A stretch of DNA of 20,713 nt from Nitrospinaceae bacterium (lineage in GTDB: Bacteria > Nitrospinota > Nitrospinia > Nitrospinales > VA-1), in the NCBI GenBank assembly GCA_046754465.1, contig JBHHVU010000056.1, forward strand, positions 1-20,713. The letters run 5' to 3'. The position numbers and the translations under genes were made by a program. Shown here in pieces: positions 18,804-20,713 of the stretch (position 1 is the stretch's first letter; each line of letters opens with the position of its first letter). The notes under the pieces were generated by a model that was given only the letters and a program-made list of their open reading frames with translations, was not told where the DNA came from and ran no database searches.

Positions 18804-19751
18804 ATGGGAATGGGCGATGCCAATCCGCGGATAGTGGTCACTCCGCCGGCGTTTTGCCGGTCGGCGGTTCTCCGACAAGAATTGTCACGCGGATTTTCCC
18901 GGGTGGTTTTTAACGAGAGGGACCGGTATTTGTCGGAACCAGAGTTGATTGCGTTTTTGCAACAGGCCGACGCAGCCATCGTGGGCCGCGACCCGGTCAG
19001 CGAGAGGGTTGTGGGCGCTCTCCCCGAATTGAAAATGATCGCCAAGTATGGCGTCGGACTGGACAATATCGATCAGGAAGCGCTGGGCCGTCATGGGGTG
19101 AACCTGGGCTGGGCGGCGGGAGTGAACCGCCGATCGGTGGCGGAACTGGCTTTGTGCTTCATGATCGGACTCTGCCACAAGGTGTTCGCGGGCGGTTTCG
19201 CGCTCAAGGGGAAGGTTTGGCAAAAGGATGGCGGGGTTCAACTGACGGGTAAAACCGTTGGCATCATTGGTTGTGGACACGTGGGGGGGGAAGTCATCCG
19301 TCTTCTGGCGCCTTTTGGCTGCCGTGTTCTGGTGCGCGATATTCTCGACAAGACGGATTTCTGCCGTCGGAACCGGGCGGAGACCGCGGGCCTGGACGAT
19401 TTGATAGCCCAGTCGGATATTGTTTCGCTTCATGTCCCGCTCACGGAATCAACCCGTGGCATGATCGATGAAAATGTTCTGCGGCGCATGAAGCCTTCCG
19501 CGTTTCTGATCAATACCAGCCGGGGGGAGGTCGTCGGCCTCGCCGCGTTGAAAAAGGCTTTGTGTGAAGGGTTCATCGCCGGGGCGGGTCTGGATGTTTT
19601 TCCGGAAGAACCTCCCGGCGATCATGAACTGCTGAATCTCCCCAACTTGATGGTGACCCCTCATATCGGTGGCAACACAGGGGAGGCGGTGGAAGCGATG
19701 GGAAGAGCCGCTATCCGCCACCTGGAACAGTTTTTTCGCCGTGCAAAATAA
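18804..19751 (+). CDS. D-isomer-specific 2-hydroxyacid dehydrogenase (phosphoglycerate dehydrogenase-like, no ACT domain)
   Basis: KYGVGLDNID, SVAEL, GIIGCGHVG (Rossmann), SLHVPLT, INTSRG, LDVFPEEP, TPHIGG. Confidence 0.9.
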   Translation: MGMGDANPRIVVTPPAFCRSAVLRQELSRGFSRVVFNERDRYLSEPELIAFLQQADAAIVGRDPVSERVVGALPELKMIAKYGVGLDNIDQEALGRHGVNLGWAAGVNRRSVAELALCFMIGLCHKVFAGGFALKGKVWQKDGGVQLTGKTVGIIGCGHVGGEVIRLLAPFGCRVLVRDILDKTDFCRRNRAETAGLDDLIAQSDIVSLHVPLTESTRGMIDENVLRRMKPSAFLINTSRGEVVGLAALKKALCEGFIAGAGLDVFPEEPPGDHELLNLPNLMVTPHIGGNTGEAVEAMGRAAIRHLEQFFRRAK

Positions 19752-19799
19752 AAAAATGGTTTTGACCGCGGGACCCCTGAAAGGATGGAGAAAAGGGTT

Positions 19800-20612
19800 A
19801 TGACCGGAAACATCCCGTTGAAGTTCGGGGCGGTTCTTGTGATTCTCCTGGTTTGGGCGCCGCCGGGTGGCGCCCGGGAAAAACACACGCCGCCTGAGAA
19901 GGTTCCCGGCGCGCTGAAAATGCTCGTGGAGAAAAAGGAATGGGACCAAAAGCAATTGAAGCGGCTGTCCGAAAGGATTTTGATTCCCACCGGGGAGTTT
20001 ATTATGGGTTTTGCCAGGGGCAGGAAAAACGAACAACCCGCCCACCGAGTGGTCCTGGGCGCGTTTTATATGGATAAATACGAGGTGACCCAACTGCAAT
20101 ACCAATCGGTGATGGGACAAAATCCGAGTTATTTTAAGAAATGTCCGCTTTGTCCCGTCGAATGGGTGACCTGGGAACAGGCGCGGACTTATTGTGGGAA
20201 GGTGAACAAACGCTTGCCCACGGAAGCGGAATGGGAAAAAGCCGCCAAGGGGGGTGTTAACGATTCCTTTTACTGGGATGGGGATCATCCCGACGATTTC
20301 GCCTGGTACGGGGATAACTCGGAGCGGCGGACTCATCCCGTCGGCGGGAAAAAACCGAATGGATACGGACTGCATGATATGGCGGGAAATGTTTGGGAAT
20401 GGGTTTCGGATTGGTACGATGGGGACTATTACCAAATCAGCCCGCGTGCCAATCCTCAAGGTCCGGCCCGGGAAATCGAGCGGGTGAGCCGGGGAGGGGG
20501 TTGGGGGTATTCGCCCGAACTTCTGCGTCATTCCTACCGCGAAAGTCATTTCCCGGATACCCGGTATATCCTTGGCGGCTTTCGCTGCGCCTCCGATGTG
20601 GAAACCAAGTGA
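19800..20612 (+). CDS. Exported FGE-sulfatase (SUMF1/EgtB/PvdO-like) domain protein
   Basis: Signal-peptide-like N-terminus; IPTGEFIMG, FYMDKYEVT, PVEWVTW, RLPTEAEWEKAA, PNGYGLHDMAGNVWEW, RGGGW, GFRCA. ATG at 19800 has GGAG upstream; alternative start 19785. Confidence 0.9.
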   Translation: MTGNIPLKFGAVLVILLVWAPPGGAREKHTPPEKVPGALKMLVEKKEWDQKQLKRLSERILIPTGEFIMGFARGRKNEQPAHRVVLGAFYMDKYEVTQLQYQSVMGQNPSYFKKCPLCPVEWVTWEQARTYCGKVNKRLPTEAEWEKAAKGGVNDSFYWDGDHPDDFAWYGDNSERRTHPVGGKKPNGYGLHDMAGNVWEWVSDWYDGDYYQISPRANPQGPAREIERVSRGGGWGYSPELLRHSYRESHFPDTRYILGGFRCASDVETK

Positions 20613-20713
20613 GCCCCCGTCGGAGTCGGTCCTACCCACTGGCGGTGTTCCGGGGAAACGGGTAAAGCATCATGACTCAACGGGTCCCGGAAGAAAGCGG
20701 ACGGAGGCATTCG

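Noticed and set aside
20613..20713. Possible gene start at 20672 (MTQRVPEESGRRHS), end of a convergent gene, or ncRNA
   Set aside because: Too short at the window edge to support any call.

Overview
Gene-dense bacterial core-genome window with 17 supportable CDS and no rRNA, tRNA, CRISPR array, transposase or integrase. Gene content and style suggest a Nitrospinota/deltaproteobacteria-like organism (inference only). Order: a 250-bp cluster of short palindromic and tandem repeats; minus-strand mtaB-DUF62(SAM hydrolase)-smpB operon; divergent fis-like gene, N-terminal-only GlmU, archaeal-type two-domain GlmU paralogue and glmS; archaeal-type thiD-thiN fusion; ppiD/surA-like chaperone divergent from mreBCD-mrdA (no rodA); uvrB; TraB-family protein, D-2-hydroxyacid dehydrogenase and a secreted FGE-sulfatase-domain protein. 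The most unusual signal is the UDP-GlcNAc operon. It has a bacterial GlmU cut off at the domain linker (uridyltransferase only), followed by a full-length GlmU-like paralogue whose nucleotidyltransferase and acetyltransferase motifs are both substituted. That paralogue is a candidate pseudoenzyme/regulatory subunit or a non-canonical acetyltransferase. All family assignments come from motif recognition by eye; no database searches were run.
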